Below, in pieces: positions 10,332-20,059 of a stretch of DNA of 64,000 nucleotides. Origin of the DNA: Escherichia phage vB_EcoS-26175I; sequence record NC_133255.1. One strand, given 5' to 3'. The number at the start of each line of letters is the position of its first letter. Positions within the stretch are counted from its first letter, which is position 1. A model generated the notes under the pieces. The model had not been told where the DNA came from. It saw only the letters and a program-made list of their open reading frames with translations, and ran no database searches. Made by a program: the position numbers and the translations under genes.

Positions 10332-10715
10332 TTAGTGAAGTTGCTTGCCGTTTAAGGCCATATCAGCAGTTTCCAGAAGAGATTCAGTAATCTCACGAGA
10401 AACTAGATATTCATCAATTGAGTGGCGGCGTTTATAGGCATAAGCATTAACAATCAGATCTAGAGCACCGAGAACATCATGAACAGTTACTTCTTCATCA
10501 TTATCTAGCTCTTCTTGGGTAATCTCGATTAACTGGCCAACTGCCATTAAAAGCCCAAGAATATCTGCTGTTTCACCTGCCACCAGCGGATTAGCACATC
10601 CTACTGTAAGATCGAAAGCATGATTGACAATTGACTGCCCATCAACGCTTCCTTCTTCAATCTGCTTCTCCAACTGCTTCATCTGCTCTAGCACTGGATT
10701 TTTCTTTTGTGTCAT
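10332..10715 (-). CDS. hypothetical acidic protein
   Basis: 127-aa ORF. Confidence 0.5.
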   Translation of the reverse strand: MTQKKNPVLEQMKQLEKQIEEGSVDGQSIVNHAFDLTVGCANPLVAGETADILGLLMAVGQLIEITQEELDNDEEVTVHDVLGALDLIVNAYAYKRRHSIDEYLVSREITESLLETADMALNGKQLH

Positions 10716-11124
10716 GGTAAAGATTTCCTGTATCAGTTGGAAGGAATGCCGACTGTGCCTTCGGCGGATGTTGTTTAGCGATCCAGTTGAAGATCAGTAC
10801 ACGGCTAGGAACGATATCAGTGTTATACCAGAAGTCATGAACCCAATGTCGTGCATCTTCGAACTTACCGAACTTATACGCTTTCTTAAACAGTTCAAAA
10901 CCAAAACAATCAGGTGCAAAATCTACATCACGATAAGGAATTACCTTAGAACCGGTGAGATCTTGAATCGCTGCATTAATCTCTGTATGCGAGAACTTCG
11001 TCTCATGGAAAGTATTAAAGAAGCGGTAATTAAAACGTCCGTTCGTTTCGACAAACAACTGGATGAATAAATCATTAAATTGGTCATCAAACCAGTAATT
11101 CTGTAATCTTTGCAGTGCTGTCAT
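10657..11124 (-). CDS. hypothetical protein
   Basis: 155-aa ORF. Confidence 0.5.
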   Translation of the reverse strand: MTALQRLQNYWFDDQFNDLFIQLFVETNGRFNYRFFNTFHETKFSHTEINAAIQDLTGSKVIPYRDVDFAPDCFGFELFKKAYKFGKFEDARHWVHDFWYNTDIVPSRVLIFNWIAKQHPPKAQSAFLPTDTGNLYHDTKEKSSARADEAVGEAD

Positions 11125-11321
11125 TTACGAACTCCATTAATTGCTGCGATAACGCCTTCATACATGAAAGGAAGAGTTTGTGAAATGTGGAAATCTTGAA
11201 CTGTCCAACCAGCTTCTTGATACATAATGTTAATGATTGCATAACTTAACGTAAAAGCTGGTAGAATTATAAAGTAATCCCACGTTGCTTTTTGCAAGTT
11301 AGGGTTATAAAAATTAATCAT
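11121..11321 (-). CDS. small membrane protein
   Basis: 66-aa ORF. Confidence 0.4.
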   Translation of the reverse strand: MINFYNPNLQKATWDYFIILPAFTLSYAIINIMYQEAGWTVQDFHISQTLPFMYEGVIAAINGVRK

Positions 11322-11422
11322 CTATTTTTTAAGTCTCCGTATTACTTTGGCCTGCTCAACGATTATGAAAACGGCAACCACTAAACCGAAGATTAGGATT
11401 GCCGTAACAGTTGTTAAATCAA

Positions 11423-11755
11423 TCAAGGTAGACGCCAGACGTAATCTTTAGTCCACAATGGTTCAGGTTCATCATCATGTTCTAACAGTACAAACTCTGG
11501 AGAGTAGCTAGAGGCCAGTTCACGACGAACCATCTCACGTTCTTCACCAGATTGAATATTTTTAACAATCACTTTCATATTAAGAGGAGTTAACTCAGAA
11601 AGCGGTCGCCATAAGTCTTCCAGATCTATTTTAGTTTTATTCTGGATAGATTGAAGGACTTCTAGTGTCTGGTGGTCTACGTTAATAAATCCACGTTCAG
11701 TAACAAAACCTAGAAACTCGTCCAGCAGGGTTAATTCACTAAAATTAAGCTTCAT
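11423..11755 (-). CDS. hypothetical protein
   Basis: 110-aa ORF. Confidence 0.5.
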   Translation of the reverse strand: MKLNFSELTLLDEFLGFVTERGFINVDHQTLEVLQSIQNKTKIDLEDLWRPLSELTPLNMKVIVKNIQSGEEREMVRRELASSYSPEFVLLEHDDEPEPLWTKDYVWRLP

Positions 11756-11990
11756 CTTTCAGAATATCCTCGATCAGGTCAGAAGATTGCTGTAGTTCGT
11801 CTACAATGCGTTTAACGTCGGTTTTTGTTACTTTACCTGCCAACATCGTGAACAGCATAGCAACGATGATGATAGGAACTGGCAGAACAAACAGTGCTAC
11901 TTTACCAATGTTCTTCGGAGTCCATGTATGATACTTAGTAACCAGAATACCAACAATAACCAGATAAAAAGCTAAGATAATTAACATCAT
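11745..11990 (-). CDS. membrane protein
   Basis: 81-aa ORF with two transmembrane segments. Confidence 0.45.
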   Translation of the reverse strand: MMLIILAFYLVIVGILVTKYHTWTPKNIGKVALFVLPVPIIIVAMLFTMLAGKVTKTDVKRIVDELQQSSDLIEDILKDEA

Positions 11991-12283
11991 TTCTTAATCT
12001 CCGTGATTACCTGAGCGCGCAGGACTTTAATAGGAAGTTTAGTATTACCAACAAGAGCTTCAACATTCTTTAGCTTTTCTTTAAGAAGATCTGAACGTCT
12101 TTGTGTATCCTCGATATCTTTTTCAGCAGCTATATATTTTTCCCAAAGCGCATTGTTGGTAGCCTTCATTGCTTCCATATTTTTACTAGCATTAAGAATG
12201 CCAATGATTCCTCCAATTGCTGCTAAAGTAGTAAGAACCAGCAATCCAATTAAAATTTCTGTAATCATTAAGTGCTCCTGCAT
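11987..12283 (-). CDS. membrane / coiled-coil protein
   Basis: 98-aa ORF. Confidence 0.45.
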   Translation of the reverse strand: MQEHLMITEILIGLLVLTTLAAIGGIIGILNASKNMEAMKATNNALWEKYIAAEKDIEDTQRRSDLLKEKLKNVEALVGNTKLPIKVLRAQVITEIKK

Positions 12284-12428
12284 TTTTCATTATCTGGGAT
12301 ATTTTTGCACATTTCTACTTTTAATTCCTTCACTGAATCCTCTAAATGGGACACTTTACCATGAATAAATCCTAATACCATTGCTTGGAAAGCTAGTACT
12401 ACTACTAATATAGCTAGTTTAGCTTCCA

Positions 12429-12698
12429 TTATTTCTTACCTTTCAGTTGCTTAACTTCACGCTCAAAAGATGCTGCACGACGTTCGGCAGTTGCCTGATG
12501 CTCTTTCGCAAAACGTGCTTCCTGTTTTGCTAGGTTGAATGCCATAGCATTCTTGTTCAGAGAATCATACATCTTTTTCATTGCCGGAATAGACATCTTC
12601 ATGAGCTGACCTTCAAACCCTTGCATGTCCAGCAGGATAGCCAATACGTTTGCCATTTCAGTTTTAGTCATGTTTTCCATTTGAACTTCCTCTCTCAT
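12429..12698 (-). CDS. hypothetical protein
   Basis: 89-aa ORF directly downstream of an early promoter. Confidence 0.5.
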   Translation of the reverse strand: MREEVQMENMTKTEMANVLAILLDMQGFEGQLMKMSIPAMKKMYDSLNKNAMAFNLAKQEARFAKEHQATAERRAASFEREVKQLKGKK

Positions 12699-12712
12699 TA
12701 ATTTATAATTAT

Positions 12713-12741
12713 ATTATATAAGATTTCTGGACATTTAGCAA
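12713..12741 (-). promoter_or_regulatory. early sigma70 promoter (-35 TTGCTA, 17-bp spacer, -10 TATAAT)
   Basis: Plus-strand TAGCAA and ATTATA; conserved leader and RBS toward the gene. Confidence 0.6.
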
Positions 12742-12754
12742 GTAAATTATTTAT

Positions 12755-13186
12755 TTACCAATCGTTAACGAAACCTGAGAACTCCGAAGCAAATACTAAC
12801 TCAAATTTCTCAGCAATTTCAGGATAATCCTTACAGATCAGTTCGATGCACTTCTCAGGTTCCATACCGTCTTCTTCAGGATCACCGTAATACTTGTCCC
12901 AAAGATCATCTGGAATAACTTGCTCGGCTATATCTTGGAAGTTCACTAACTGATAGCGTGGAGTATCTTCATTAATAAAGATCTCCTGCAATTCCTCAGA
13001 TACTTCTCCCCTATAATCGGAAATTAGCAGAGCATTGCAAGTAAAACATTCCCACATCATCAAACGCTCAGAAATCGGGTTCGATCTGTCTTGAACATAG
13101 GACTGAAAGACTGCCTTAAAAGTAGCTTTAACTTGCTCAAACTTATCTGCTGTTGCGATTAAAAGTGCTTTATCAATCTTTTGCAT
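12755..13186 (-). CDS. hypothetical acidic protein
   Basis: 143-aa ORF. Confidence 0.55.
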   Translation of the reverse strand: MQKIDKALLIATADKFEQVKATFKAVFQSYVQDRSNPISERLMMWECFTCNALLISDYRGEVSEELQEIFINEDTPRYQLVNFQDIAEQVIPDDLWDKYYGDPEEDGMEPEKCIELICKDYPEIAEKFELVFASEFSGFVNDW

Positions 13187-13216
13187 TTTGATTCCTTCTC
13201 ATCAATTTATAAAGTA

Positions 13217-13245
13217 ATTATACAGAAAACTAAGCATTTTAGCAA
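13217..13245 (-). promoter_or_regulatory. early sigma70 promoter (TTGCTA / TATAAT)
   Basis: Same module architecture. Confidence 0.6.
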
Positions 13246-13255
13246 ATGAAGTTTT

Positions 13256-13285
13256 AAAATAAAAGGCCTAAGCCTAGGCCCGTAA
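13256..13285 (-). terminator. rho-independent terminator (GGCCTA..TAGGCC hairpin plus T-run)
   Basis: Palindrome followed by T-run on the minus strand. Confidence 0.45.
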
Positions 13286-13347
13286 AGAAAGAGATAAGAA
13301 CTACTATCCCTATTGCTATAAATATCTCACGAGCCATGCCATCAAAA

Positions 13348-13938
13348 TCAAACATTAATATCTCCCCTTAATACTGCTGCCACATCTTCACCGATTTGGA
13401 GTACTTCACCAGTAGTGCAGTTAACCACTTTATCATAGCTTGTGAACTTGCCAGACACAATATCTTCTAGAGGAATAGGAGTCTTACTCATCTCAAAAGA
13501 GACGTTGATATAATGTGGGTCACGCACAGAATTGGTGTGCACATGTCCGTGAATATTTAGCTTACCACGAAGTTCTGCTTCGTGCAATGGACAGTGTGAC
13601 AGCCAAAACTTCTTGCCACCACCTGTTTGCTTACCTAGAGCCTGAATATCATCATAAACGTCTACAAGATCTTTAATACGCAGACCCTGACGTTCAGCAT
13701 CGTGGTTGCCCATGATTAACTGGTTAGGCACATTGTGGATAACCGACTTTAATTTAGCCAACCCTTCACGCCCCACGGCAATATCCCCTAGCAAGACGAG
13801 CTTAGTACGCTTGCCAATGTGCTTGGACAAAGTATCTAGGATATATTCATCATGTTCTTTCATGTTCTTAAACCACGGACGGAAGCGAAGAGTTCCAGGG
13901 TGGTCTAAGTGCAAATCCGACCAGAATTTAACTTTCAT
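13348..13938 (-). CDS. calcineurin-like metallophosphoesterase
   Basis: Motifs DLHLDH, LGDIAVG, GNHD in the 196-aa product. Confidence 0.65.
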   Translation of the reverse strand: MKVKFWSDLHLDHPGTLRFRPWFKNMKEHDEYILDTLSKHIGKRTKLVLLGDIAVGREGLAKLKSVIHNVPNQLIMGNHDAERQGLRIKDLVDVYDDIQALGKQTGGGKKFWLSHCPLHEAELRGKLNIHGHVHTNSVRDPHYINVSFEMSKTPIPLEDIVSGKFTSYDKVVNCTTGEVLQIGEDVAAVLRGDINV

Positions 13939-14144
13939 TATTTATTCCTTACACATGTGGATGTAATAGTATAACTATCGTAGAATATACCTTTTGTGAG
14001 TCCAATTTGAATACTGGAATAATCTAGCTCACCTCCAGCTACATCACATAAGTGTTTTGTATCTTCTGCAGTAAATCTCATATTATCATCGTAGGAATCA
14101 CATCCAGCTAGTATTAGTACTGATAATAGTAGTAATCTCTTCAT
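13938..14144 (-). CDS. small lipoprotein (lipobox LAGC)
   Basis: 68-aa ORF with signal peptide plus Cys. Confidence 0.45.
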   Translation of the reverse strand: MKRLLLLSVLILAGCDSYDDNMRFTAEDTKHLCDVAGGELDYSSIQIGLTKGIFYDSYTITSTCVRNK

Positions 14145-14511
14145 TACAGAACTTCCTCCGCATATTTATTCCAACCCTGACAATAACTACTAATACCACG
14201 AAGTTTGAATATTTCATCATGAATCTCATGATGTTCTTTTTGCTTCTTGATATCCTTTGTCAAGTTCTTCTTGTCGTGCTTGCTCAAAATCAACACGATT
14301 CTCTAGCATTTTCCAGACTTCTTCATACTCTGGCCAGTCATGCTCTACCACAACGGTTTTGAGATCCTTTTTCCACGTTGTGCTCGACTATACCAGAGCT
14401 TAGTTAGTATATGTTCCAAACTAACTATAGTACTATCACTGATATGCCCTAATTCTAGGGCTTTCTCAATATCAGACAACTTTATTACTACATAACGTTC
14501 TTCACGTTCCA

Positions 14512-15390
14512 TTATAGAATCCTCTGTACACCACAGCTATCATTTTTATCTGTGGTAAATGTCAAGATCTTACCAGCTTCATCATTAACTTGCGCAACCG
14601 TCAACTGCCCATTGAAAACACCGCCAGTATCGAGATAAACACGGTTCTTGTACAGAATTGGGTAAGGAACACCAGTGTGACCATGGAATACGAAATCTAC
14701 ACTTTCAACTTCTGGCACTTCCACAGTCAGTTCATCTTTAAATCCTGCATAACGCTGGAAATAGGGGTGCTCTGCACCTTGCTTAGACAGATGAAAACCA
14801 ATTTCCTGAATTACATCACGATCCCATAGATATGGCTCAATGTAATAACTAGGATGATCATTAGGATCATTTTCACTTGCAGCGATATGATCAATAATAT
14901 CATCCCAATTAGGTGTATGTACATCGAATCCCGCATCTTTATATTGGAATGGTATTCCACCATGAACAACACCATATTTCTTGCCACGATGGAGTACAGT
15001 CATGAATACTGGCATTTTAACTGCCATATCTTCTGCGATACCTTTAATTGTATCGGTATCTAGATCATTCATTGCCCACATTCCACCATTATACATCCAG
15101 TTGGCGTAGTCACCAGCAATCATAAACTGATCATGGTTGCCACGAACGCTGCGGAAGCGTGGGTTATATAAGAATTTGGCTAGAACCTGTAAGTTCTGCG
15201 GGCCACGGTCGATCAGGTCTCCAACACAGACAACATAGTCACGCTTTTCTTTATACCCTGCTAGTTTAAGAGCATCTTCCAACATATCATTACAGCCGTG
15301 AATATCTCCTACGAAGAACAGGTTAACATCATCTGGTACTACTAACATTTCATGCAGGTTAACTTCTTTTTTCATTATCGAGTCATCCAA
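14512..15390 (-). CDS. Ser/Thr protein phosphatase (PPP family)
   Basis: GDIHGC, GDLIDRG, GNHD motifs; 292 aa. Confidence 0.8.
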   Translation of the reverse strand: MDDSIMKKEVNLHEMLVVPDDVNLFFVGDIHGCNDMLEDALKLAGYKEKRDYVVCVGDLIDRGPQNLQVLAKFLYNPRFRSVRGNHDQFMIAGDYANWMYNGGMWAMNDLDTDTIKGIAEDMAVKMPVFMTVLHRGKKYGVVHGGIPFQYKDAGFDVHTPNWDDIIDHIAASENDPNDHPSYYIEPYLWDRDVIQEIGFHLSKQGAEHPYFQRYAGFKDELTVEVPEVESVDFVFHGHTGVPYPILYKNRVYLDTGGVFNGQLTVAQVNDEAGKILTFTTDKNDSCGVQRIL

Positions 15391-15755
15391 TTAGTGTGTT
15401 TTTCAGCTTCTGTATCATTTGGCTCAAAGACAACATGACAGTCTACTACTTCCCAGAAGCATTCACGGATAATAGCATTTTGCTCTGCAATATCCAGCTC
15501 TTCCCACTCTTCCATTGTTTCTAGGTCAGTATCAACTTCGGTATCAGCCCCAACCAAGCCCAAAGTAACAACAATAGTAACGCTACCTTCACGTTCTTCG
15601 GGATAAGCTTCAGCATATTCCCAAGCAGCTTGTTCAACATAATATTCTTGTTCCTTTTCAGTCAGTGACTTATACTTTTCTTCTGTGATCCCCATTTCTA
15701 CAGCACGAGTACCACAGACCACGTTGTTATGTATTATAAGATATGCGTAATTCAA
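15375..15755 (-). CDS. hypothetical acidic protein
   Basis: 126-aa ORF. Confidence 0.5.
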   Translation of the reverse strand: MNYAYLIIHNNVVCGTRAVEMGITEEKYKSLTEKEQEYYVEQAAWEYAEAYPEEREGSVTIVVTLGLVGADTEVDTDLETMEEWEELDIAEQNAIIRECFWEVVDCHVVFEPNDTEAEKHTNWMTR

Positions 15756-15786
15756 TGTGATACTCCTCTCATCAATTTATACATAT

Positions 15787-15815
15787 ATTATATCAAAATT
15801 TTTAGCAGAAAGCAA
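15787..15815 (-). promoter_or_regulatory. early sigma70 promoter (TTGCTT / TATAAT)
   Basis: Same module. Confidence 0.55.
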
Positions 15816-15825
15816 GTAATAAAAA

Positions 15826-15852
15826 AGCCTAGTCAGCTAAGACTAGGCTTTG
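15826..15852 (-). terminator. rho-independent terminator
   Basis: GCCTAGTC...GACTAGGC hairpin flanked by A-run and T-run. Confidence 0.5.
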
Positions 15853-15856
15853 GGTG

Positions 15857-16147
15857 TTAATCCCTTGGATTATCTTCCAAGAAGTTTTTGATTGCATCGT
15901 GCATAGTTTCTTTACGAAGTTGACGACCAATCAGAATGTGGTTGGCTTCCACACGACCATTAGGGAGACGATCGGCTAAAACTACTACAGGTACTTGTCT
16001 AACACCGAACTTCTGCATAAGTTCTGTGTTATCAGTCTCTTTATGAACTTCTAGACTGTAGTCCTGTACTACTTTATCAAATACAGGCTCGAAAAGTTTA
16101 CAAGGATTGCAGGTAGATCCCTTCAGTAGATATACTAATTTACTCAT
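15857..16147 (-). CDS. thioredoxin/glutaredoxin-like protein (CNPC)
   Basis: CxxC near the N-terminus; 96 aa. Confidence 0.55.
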   Translation of the reverse strand: MSKLVYLLKGSTCNPCKLFEPVFDKVVQDYSLEVHKETDNTELMQKFGVRQVPVVVLADRLPNGRVEANHILIGRQLRKETMHDAIKNFLEDNPRD

Positions 16148-16550
16148 GTTTATTAATGGCCTCCAAAAATGCCTTCATCACTTTAACAGTTGCAGTGCTA
16201 AGATCTAATGTAACACCTAAGCACTCGGATACAGCAGCTTGATAAGGGGCTTTTAGCCTGCCTTCCGGTACTTGTACTTTCTTATAGGTTTTCTTCTTGA
16301 CTTTATCCAGCATCGTTTCAAGAACATTGAGAGGCAACTTCTGACCTTCAATATTCACGCCAAGCTCTTCCATTAGCATGGTATTTAAGTCAATACGAGT
16401 AAGTTTCTTGCCCTTGCTAGACATACGAATTCCCGCCTTTTTCTCAAGTTTTGCACGCTCTGGTGAATCGAGGTCACGTAATGCGATGTTCAATTCATAC
16501 GGAGCCATATTGTAATGGTTAGCCATCTGAGTATAGTAACGATCTGACAT
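16140..16550 (-). CDS. hypothetical protein
   Basis: 136-aa ORF. Confidence 0.5.
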   Translation of the reverse strand: MSDRYYTQMANHYNMAPYELNIALRDLDSPERAKLEKKAGIRMSSKGKKLTRIDLNTMLMEELGVNIEGQKLPLNVLETMLDKVKKKTYKKVQVPEGRLKAPYQAAVSECLGVTLDLSTATVKVMKAFLEAINKHE

Positions 16551-16582
16551 TTGTGAAACTCCTCTGATTCAATTTATACAAA

Positions 16583-16611
16583 TATTATATAAAAATTTCA
16601 GCGGAAAGTCA
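16583..16611 (-). promoter_or_regulatory. early sigma70 promoter (TTGACT / TATAAT)
   Basis: Same module. Confidence 0.55.
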
Positions 16612-16625
16612 ATTACTTTTTTATA

Positions 16626-17042
16626 TTAATGTGCTTGATGTGGGAATCTCTTCCTAACTAAGTACATAGTTATTGGATATACTGAATACATAAGTATAGG
16701 GGAGAAAAGGGTGAAATAAGCCGTGACTCCCCCAGCTAACATTAGTGGTATCAATGCTAGAGTAAGGGCCATAAGAATCATACCGAATGAGACAGCCAGG
16801 GCTACTGTGATGCAGTTTTCTAACTCCATCCAAAGCCAACAATATTTCGTATTTCTCTGGCAGTTGCATTTGCAAACGCCGAATGTGCCCATAATTATAT
16901 ACTCTAGCCCATGAATGACTTTCTTTAATGTATCATTTTGGGTAGCTAGTGCGACAACAGTGAGAATTATCATTAAGATGAAAACTACTAGGCTTATTTT
17001 CCATATTCCTAGTAATATCATGGTGAATAGTTCTGCAAACAT
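16626..17042 (-). CDS. polytopic membrane protein
   Basis: 138-aa ORF with several transmembrane segments. Confidence 0.5.
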   Translation of the reverse strand: MFAELFTMILLGIWKISLVVFILMIILTVVALATQNDTLKKVIHGLEYIIMGTFGVCKCNCQRNTKYCWLWMELENCITVALAVSFGMILMALTLALIPLMLAGGVTAYFTLFSPILMYSVYPITMYLVRKRFPHQAH

Positions 17043-17080
17043 GGCTTTCTCCTATCATTAAGTTTTTAAAGCCCCCTTTT

Positions 17081-17105
17081 GCTTTAAAAGGCGGGGTAAC
17101 TCCCG
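17081..17105 (-). terminator. rho-independent terminator
   Basis: GGCGGG...CCCGCC hairpin then T-run on the minus strand. Confidence 0.45.
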
Positions 17106-17118
17106 CCTTGATTTATTA

Positions 17119-17532
17119 TCAGGCTAATTCTACGTGACCACCGTCGTAAGTACCACGATCGATCTCATCATGATAATCACCAGAACTATTCCAGTCGGCA
17201 CCAAAACGAAGTTTGATACCAAGTTCCTTACCAGCTTGTTCAAAAGCCTTCTTAACAGCCCAAAATGCTTCCAGATCTTTCCAATCAATCTTACCATTAA
17301 TATATGGTGCAAAATCTATAGCATCTCCAGTTACATGCTTACTTTTGCTAGGGTCTTTCAAGAATGAAGTACCATTAGCAATATTTTGGGCACTTTGTGC
17401 TACTGTACGAATACCTTGTACGATTGTGAAATCGTATGGGGATAGTTCTAAAGCCCTACGAGCTACCTTTTGTAGCTCGGGCTTAACAGTTGCTAATTGT
17501 TTTTCACTATTTTTACCAAATTTAAAACTCAT
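17119..17532 (-). CDS. lys: endolysin, L-alanyl-D-glutamate peptidase (M15 family, T5 Lys-like)
   Basis: 137 aa; zinc-ligand motifs HVTGDAID and DGGH; size and position match the T5 endolysin. Confidence 0.8.
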   Translation of the reverse strand: MSFKFGKNSEKQLATVKPELQKVARRALELSPYDFTIVQGIRTVAQSAQNIANGTSFLKDPSKSKHVTGDAIDFAPYINGKIDWKDLEAFWAVKKAFEQAGKELGIKLRFGADWNSSGDYHDEIDRGTYDGGHVELA

Positions 17533-18185
17533 ATAGATCTACCTAATGATCTCCGTTGTGGGGAACAGAGCTTTGCTAAGTACTCATTAAATTGTTCCGA
17601 ATCAGCTGTATCTACGGGTTTATCCTTCCATGCAATACCTATGTATCCAGCATAGATATTATTTAGGTTGAAATATGGACAAGTGTAGACGTAATTAAAA
17701 GTAATGTTCTTAAATGCTGGTATATTTGACCCCGTATACTTATTTACTTTTACACTTAAATCCGCAGCGTAGTTAAAGCCTTCCAGGTGACGTCTATAAA
17801 GTTCAGACGTCTTATTTACTGCTTTATCGGCCAAGTCAGCCCTATCCAATTGCGCATTGCTTTCCCATGCAATAATGTTTGAATAATCATTTATAGCATC
17901 TGGTTTATACTTTACTACAAAAACGGCATCCGCACCAGTCTGGGAGAAAAGAACCATACTCTTTTCTCGTGCTACATTAGGAAAGTTATCTATCCTTTGG
18001 GTTTGAACATCCTGTAAAACCGAAGACGTGGAGAAAGTCTTTAAAAATGACATCACCTCGCTAGTGTTACTTACAAACAAGAAAATAATGACAGCAACTA
18101 AGATAGTTAGCAGACGTTTTAGTAGCGAAGCTGGATCTTTCGCTTCTTGTAGCAGTATCGTTAATAGTTGTATAAACTTTTCCAC
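17529..18185 (-). CDS. hol: holin (T5-type)
   Basis: 218 aa with N-terminal transmembrane segment, immediately upstream of and overlapping the endolysin gene. Confidence 0.6.
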   Translation of the reverse strand: MEKFIQLLTILLQEAKDPASLLKRLLTILVAVIIFLFVSNTSEVMSFLKTFSTSSVLQDVQTQRIDNFPNVAREKSMVLFSQTGADAVFVVKYKPDAINDYSNIIAWESNAQLDRADLADKAVNKTSELYRRHLEGFNYAADLSVKVNKYTGSNIPAFKNITFNYVYTCPYFNLNNIYAGYIGIAWKDKPVDTADSEQFNEYLAKLCSPQRRSLGRSI

Positions 18186-18310
18186 TTGTAACCTCCTCTA
18201 ACCACTACCATTATACTAATTCTAGAGTAAAATTACAATGTGTTTTTTAAGATCACTTCTGGAGCACAATTTTTTGTCGTTGTCAAGAAGAATTTTAGGC
18301 AAAAGAAAAG

Positions 18311-18334
18311 CCAGAGTCGTTAAACTCTGGCTTA
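18311..18334 (-). terminator. rho-independent terminator
   Basis: GCCAGAGT...ACTCTGGC hairpin with T-run. Confidence 0.5.
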
Positions 18335-18341
18335 AAACTAC

Positions 18342-18941
18342 TTACACTTCTCCATGTTCTTCTGGATGCGGGGCTTGAGCTTTACTACACTGCTCTTTAC
18401 GATAATTCGCCAAAATTTCAATACGCTTATTGATTTCTTTGCTGTTGAGATAGATATTCTTATTCTCTTTTACCATGTCCTCGATTTCGTCGACAGAGAA
18501 GAACGGAAAGTAAATATCTAGCATCATATCTTCTACAAACTGGTTGTAGGATTCATAGGCTTTCTTGATTTCTTGACCTTTCTCGCAGAATCCGCCAGAG
18601 AACGTATGTCCCATAAGCGTAGCATGTGGATGTACAACCCAACCGTGGCAAGATAGGAAGATTGTGCAGTAAGCAGAAGCACTAGGACCGAGCAGGTGCC
18701 CAATAACCGTTCCACGACAGTTAGCTATTAGGTTAGATAGCTGTGCAGCAGTATCAACGTAACCACCAGGCCCATTAATCATCAGATTAATTTCATCATC
18801 TTCACTAGCCTGCATCAGTATCATTGATAGATCACGATACTCATCCGGTGAGCCTAACTCTTCGTCAAAGAAAAAGGTATACTCATTAGATTGGCGAACA
18901 GTGTGAAACAGGTTAGTCTTTTCTTCTTTCTTATTAGTCAT
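18342..18941 (-). CDS. ClpP-like serine peptidase (S14 fold)
   Basis: INGPGGYV and GPSASA motifs; 199 aa. Confidence 0.55.
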   Translation of the reverse strand: MTNKKEEKTNLFHTVRQSNEYTFFFDEELGSPDEYRDLSMILMQASEDDEINLMINGPGGYVDTAAQLSNLIANCRGTVIGHLLGPSASAYCTIFLSCHGWVVHPHATLMGHTFSGGFCEKGQEIKKAYESYNQFVEDMMLDIYFPFFSVDEIEDMVKENKNIYLNSKEINKRIEILANYRKEQCSKAQAPHPEEHGEV

Positions 18942-18953
18942 AGTGATCCTTAA

Positions 18954-19706
18954 TTATCCAACTAGTGGTTCTAGCTCTAAGTCACAGAAGTGGTACACAT
19001 CGGTACGAAGTGCATCAAGTCCATTGAAGGTATTCTCAAATTTATGAGAAATGTATTTTTCAGGAATACCGCTTTCAGACGGATGATCTGTCTCGATGCG
19101 ATACTTATTAGTAATACCAGATTCAACCTTAATAAGTATGGAATCCATATCTAGAGTATTGGTTTCCATGATTAGCTCTCCCTCATTGGGAAAACGCACA
19201 TCGGTAACGATTGCGACGTCTGGGTCGTCTTTATCGATGGATTGCTCCAGAATTATGAGCCAAATGCGTTCATGCACCAGCTGCCTTCCTAACTCAGTAC
19301 CTACAAGCTGTAGCATTTTTCTTGGGGAGATAAATACGCTATACAGCGCATCATCAGCTTGCCCAATTAACTGCTGAGGATCAAGGTATTTTCCTTCAAA
19401 AATCGGCCAAACGTACGAGAAGTCCTCAAACTTATCGATACCATACTTAAACCATACGTCTCTAGCTCGCTCCAATTGAGATTGTGTGACCGTAAACCAT
19501 TGGTCAATCTCTTTTCCCCTGCGCTCTCCCAGAAACTCTGGAGTTACCCCGAGGATTACGGATGCAAGTTCGTAAACGGGTTTAGCAAAACTGTAACGAC
19601 GAGATAAACACGTTGGGAACGTGTCATTACACCAATCAATCATTAATTCTGCAACGGTATCTTTTCCCGCACCAGCCTCACCATGTAAACCGACTAATAC
19701 TGACAT
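18954..19706 (-). CDS. dnk: deoxynucleoside monophosphate kinase
   Basis: P-loop GEAGAGKDT at the N-terminus; 250 aa as in T5 dNMP kinase. Confidence 0.7.
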   Translation of the reverse strand: MSVLVGLHGEAGAGKDTVAELMIDWCNDTFPTCLSRRYSFAKPVYELASVILGVTPEFLGERRGKEIDQWFTVTQSQLERARDVWFKYGIDKFEDFSYVWPIFEGKYLDPQQLIGQADDALYSVFISPRKMLQLVGTELGRQLVHERIWLIILEQSIDKDDPDVAIVTDVRFPNEGELIMETNTLDMDSILIKVESGITNKYRIETDHPSESGIPEKYISHKFENTFNGLDALRTDVYHFCDLELEPLVG

Positions 19707-20059
19707 TAATCTTTCCTATTTGTAATGGGTGGATAATAAACTAAGCAACGTTTTTCTTGTAAATCTTGACGATAGAAGCAAACCATACCGGTCAGTCGTG
19801 AAATGTAAGAGTAAACTGCTTCCTCGCATTTTGCTTTTGCATTCCAATCTTTGTAAGGTACAACAACTACTACGCCATCTTCACCATTTGTAGCTAATTT
19901 CTTTTCGAATTTGAAATCAAAGCTACACGGCTGAAGTCCTTTAGGCCAATCTATATGAGCTTGCTTTAACTCATGGGATGGCTCCGGTTTTATTTCTTCT
20001 GCACAGCCTGTGATTGTGATTGCGGCTGCGAGCAGTACTCCAAGTTTCCAGTTAAACAC
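19706..20059 (-). CDS. lipoprotein (lipobox ITGC)
   Basis: 117-aa ORF with signal peptide. Confidence 0.5.
   Translation of the reverse strand: MFNWKLGVLLAAAITITGCAEEIKPEPSHELKQAHIDWPKGLQPCSFDFKFEKKLATNGEDGVVVVVPYKDWNAKAKCEEAVYSYISRLTGMVCFYRQDLQEKRCLVYYPPITNRKD

Noticed and set aside
19706-20059. Llp-type receptor-blocking lipoprotein identity for the 117-aa lipoprotein
   Set aside because: T5 Llp is shorter and is encoded next to the receptor-binding protein gene in the late region; only a generic lipoprotein call is justified here.
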